This document shows positions 22,100 through 24,050 of a stretch of 24,050 nucleotides of DNA, one piece after another (position 1 is the stretch's first letter; every line of letters begins with the position of its first letter). The notes below the pieces were generated by a model. The model worked only from the letters and a program-made list of their open reading frames with translations. It searched no databases and was not told the DNA's origin. The translations under genes were made by a program, and so were the position numbers. The DNA lies in contig JANKJI020000002.1 of NCBI GenBank assembly GCA_024626585.2, positions 220,777,653-220,801,702 of the forward strand. The letters run 5' to 3'. This DNA comes from Ginkgo biloba (lineage: Eukaryota; Plantae; Ginkgophyta).

Positions 22100-24050
22100 G
22101 ACTTAGTGAAAATACACTAATGTATATGCTTCTACAAGCTAGTTCATTAGACATTCTATCCACCTGTGATTATCCACATTGCAGGCTTTATAAAGCATGT
22201 TAACTAGGATTTAGTTGGATGCTTCTACCTCTCCATTAGCCTGCGGATGATATGGACTAGATATATGATGAGCAATCATGAAATTTATTTTTAGTTGTTT
22301 GATGATCTAGCTGACAAAGTGGCTCGCCTATCACTGACTATTCTAAAAAATTGAATTCTTGGAATAGCAAAATCCAACGGCTTATTCTTCCTTGAATAAG
22401 AGGTTTATTCACCATGTATAGTAAGGTGTGATGATCTACAAAGAAAACAAATGTATTTGCCCACAAATAATGATGAAATTTTCTAAGGCATATACCATCC
22501 CTAGTCCTTCCCATTTTGTAGTATTGTAACTTTGTTCTGCTTGGGTTAATTTGTGATTGGATAAATAAATTGGGTGATTAAGCCCATGTTCTCTTTCCTA
22601 TGCCTGGGTGCAGACAATAACTGAGTTGGCTGCATCAACATGGACATGAAATTCCTTTGTCCAATCTTGGAAGACAAGGATTGGTGCCAAAATTAGTCGC
22701 TACTTGAGCTTCTCAAATGCTTCCTGTTGTTCTTGCCACCAATGAAAGGGTACATTGGTTTGCATAAGATCATCTAAAGGTTTGGAAATCTTGGAAAAAT
22801 TCTTTATGAATCAACGATGGTATCTCGTGTGGCTTAAGAATGATCTAATGCCATTCAGATTCACTAGAGGTTCCATTTCAACAATTACTTGCACCTTGTT
22901 TGGATCCGCCTTCAAACCTTGCTTACATACTATATGCCCTAATAATTTTCCATTAGAGACCAACAATTGACATTTTGCCAGATTCAATGCCAATCGTGCC
23001 TTCCTGCATGTTTCCATGCATTCTTGGATTGCTTGAAGATGATTCTCTTATCCCCATAAATTGCCTAACCATAAAAAAAGATTTGGGCTTTACTTGTAGA
23101 CAATGTCTTGAACAACTGCATAATACTTTGTTGAGATGTTGTTAGTGCATTATACAACCCAAAGAGCATTTTGTATGGAAATATGCCTAACTCCATTATG
23201 AAGGTAGTCTTTGTTTGATCTTTTTTAGCAATACTTATTTGATTGTATCCCAAAAATCTATCTAGGAAGGAACAAATCTCATGGCCAGTGACCTCAACTA
23301 AGATCGTGTCCATGAAGGGAAGTGGAAAGGGGCCCTTTGTAGTGTCTTCATTCAACTTTCAAAAATCAACACATTTGTATTTTATTAGTTTTCTTTACTG
23401 ATACTACAATTGTTGAAGCCCACATACTCGTACTTACTTTAAAGATGATCATTGCGTCCAACATTTGTTCGATCTCTGTTTGCATTTGGGTAGCAAACTT
23501 TGGGTTGGTAAGGTTAGATCCCCATCTCACTTGTTTGGCATTTGGTAGCAAGTTAGTATGGTGGTCACATAATTCTCTCGGAACCCCCTTGAGTTCTTGG
23601 TGGAACCATGCAAACATGTCTTCATAATCTTGAAAAATCTTCAAGGCAGCTTGAATCAGGGCCAGTTCCCAAGTATTGCTTGTGAAAATCTTTTGTGGTT
23701 GTTCTCTCAAACCTAGGTCTATAGCCATCATGGGCAACTTTGTGTGTTTAATGTCTTCCACTACAAAAAATTCATTGGTTGCCTCAAAACTTGATCGGGC
23801 ATCACCAACTTGGAAATCATTGAGATGGAAAATCATCAACACCACTTATTTGAAATGAATCTGGTAATTGGGGTTCATCCTCCTTGTCAAGCAAAAACAT
23901 GTAGGAGAAAGGAGTTCGTGCTCTTCCAATTGCCAATGTAGCAATTCTTTGTTCGAATAATCATTGTCATTCAAGTGTGGGTCAAGCATAAGAACTCCAT
24001 CCTTCATTGGTTGCCATGTGCCATCCTCTTCTTCCAAGACGGAATGAGAG
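22100..24050 (-). mobile_element. Degenerate Ty3/gypsy (non-chromovirus-like) pol: RT, RNase H, and integrase core after an internal deletion
   Basis: RT: DYEDMFAWFHQELKGVPRELCDH, WASTIVVSVKK, PFPLPFMDTIL, SFLDRFLGYNQI, MLFGLYNA, LLGHIVCKQGLKADPNKV. RNase H: EFHVHVDA, DHHTLLYMVNKP..QGRISRWILLFQEF. Integrase: SSPYHPQANGEVEASN. Stops and frameshifts throughout; continues beyond the window end. Confidence 0.95.

Overview
AT-rich, CpG-depleted, gap-ridden eukaryotic nuclear DNA. It is almost certainly a large-genome land plant, and gymnosperm-like by inference. The only confidently identifiable host-gene piece is one 215-nt internal exon (11187-11401, +) of a Ycf45/SpoIIIAA-type P-loop (AAA-like) NTPase of the plant SPD1 family, carrying the Walker A motif GPPGVGKT. 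Its neighbouring exons are not visible, so most of the window is probably two very long introns. These contain decayed retroelements: several Ty3/gypsy gag, protease, RT, RNase H and integrase fragments, a non-LTR (LINE) RT fragment, two diverged ~1.2-kb copies of one LTR family, and candidate LTRs. All long 'ORFs' in the track are N-gap artefacts. I found no evidence for a new multi-gene system. The most interesting non-routine signals are: (i) a CpG-rich candidate solo LTR whose upstream part is packed with A/GCCGAC (DRE/CRT-type) motifs and hairpins just before a TATA-like box; (ii) a possible antisense 72-nt exon with near-consensus splice sites; (iii) an RNase H-to-integrase internal deletion; and (iv) a copy-number-variable 31-bp array inside the LTR pair. 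All translations and alignments were done by eye, and no database searches were run.
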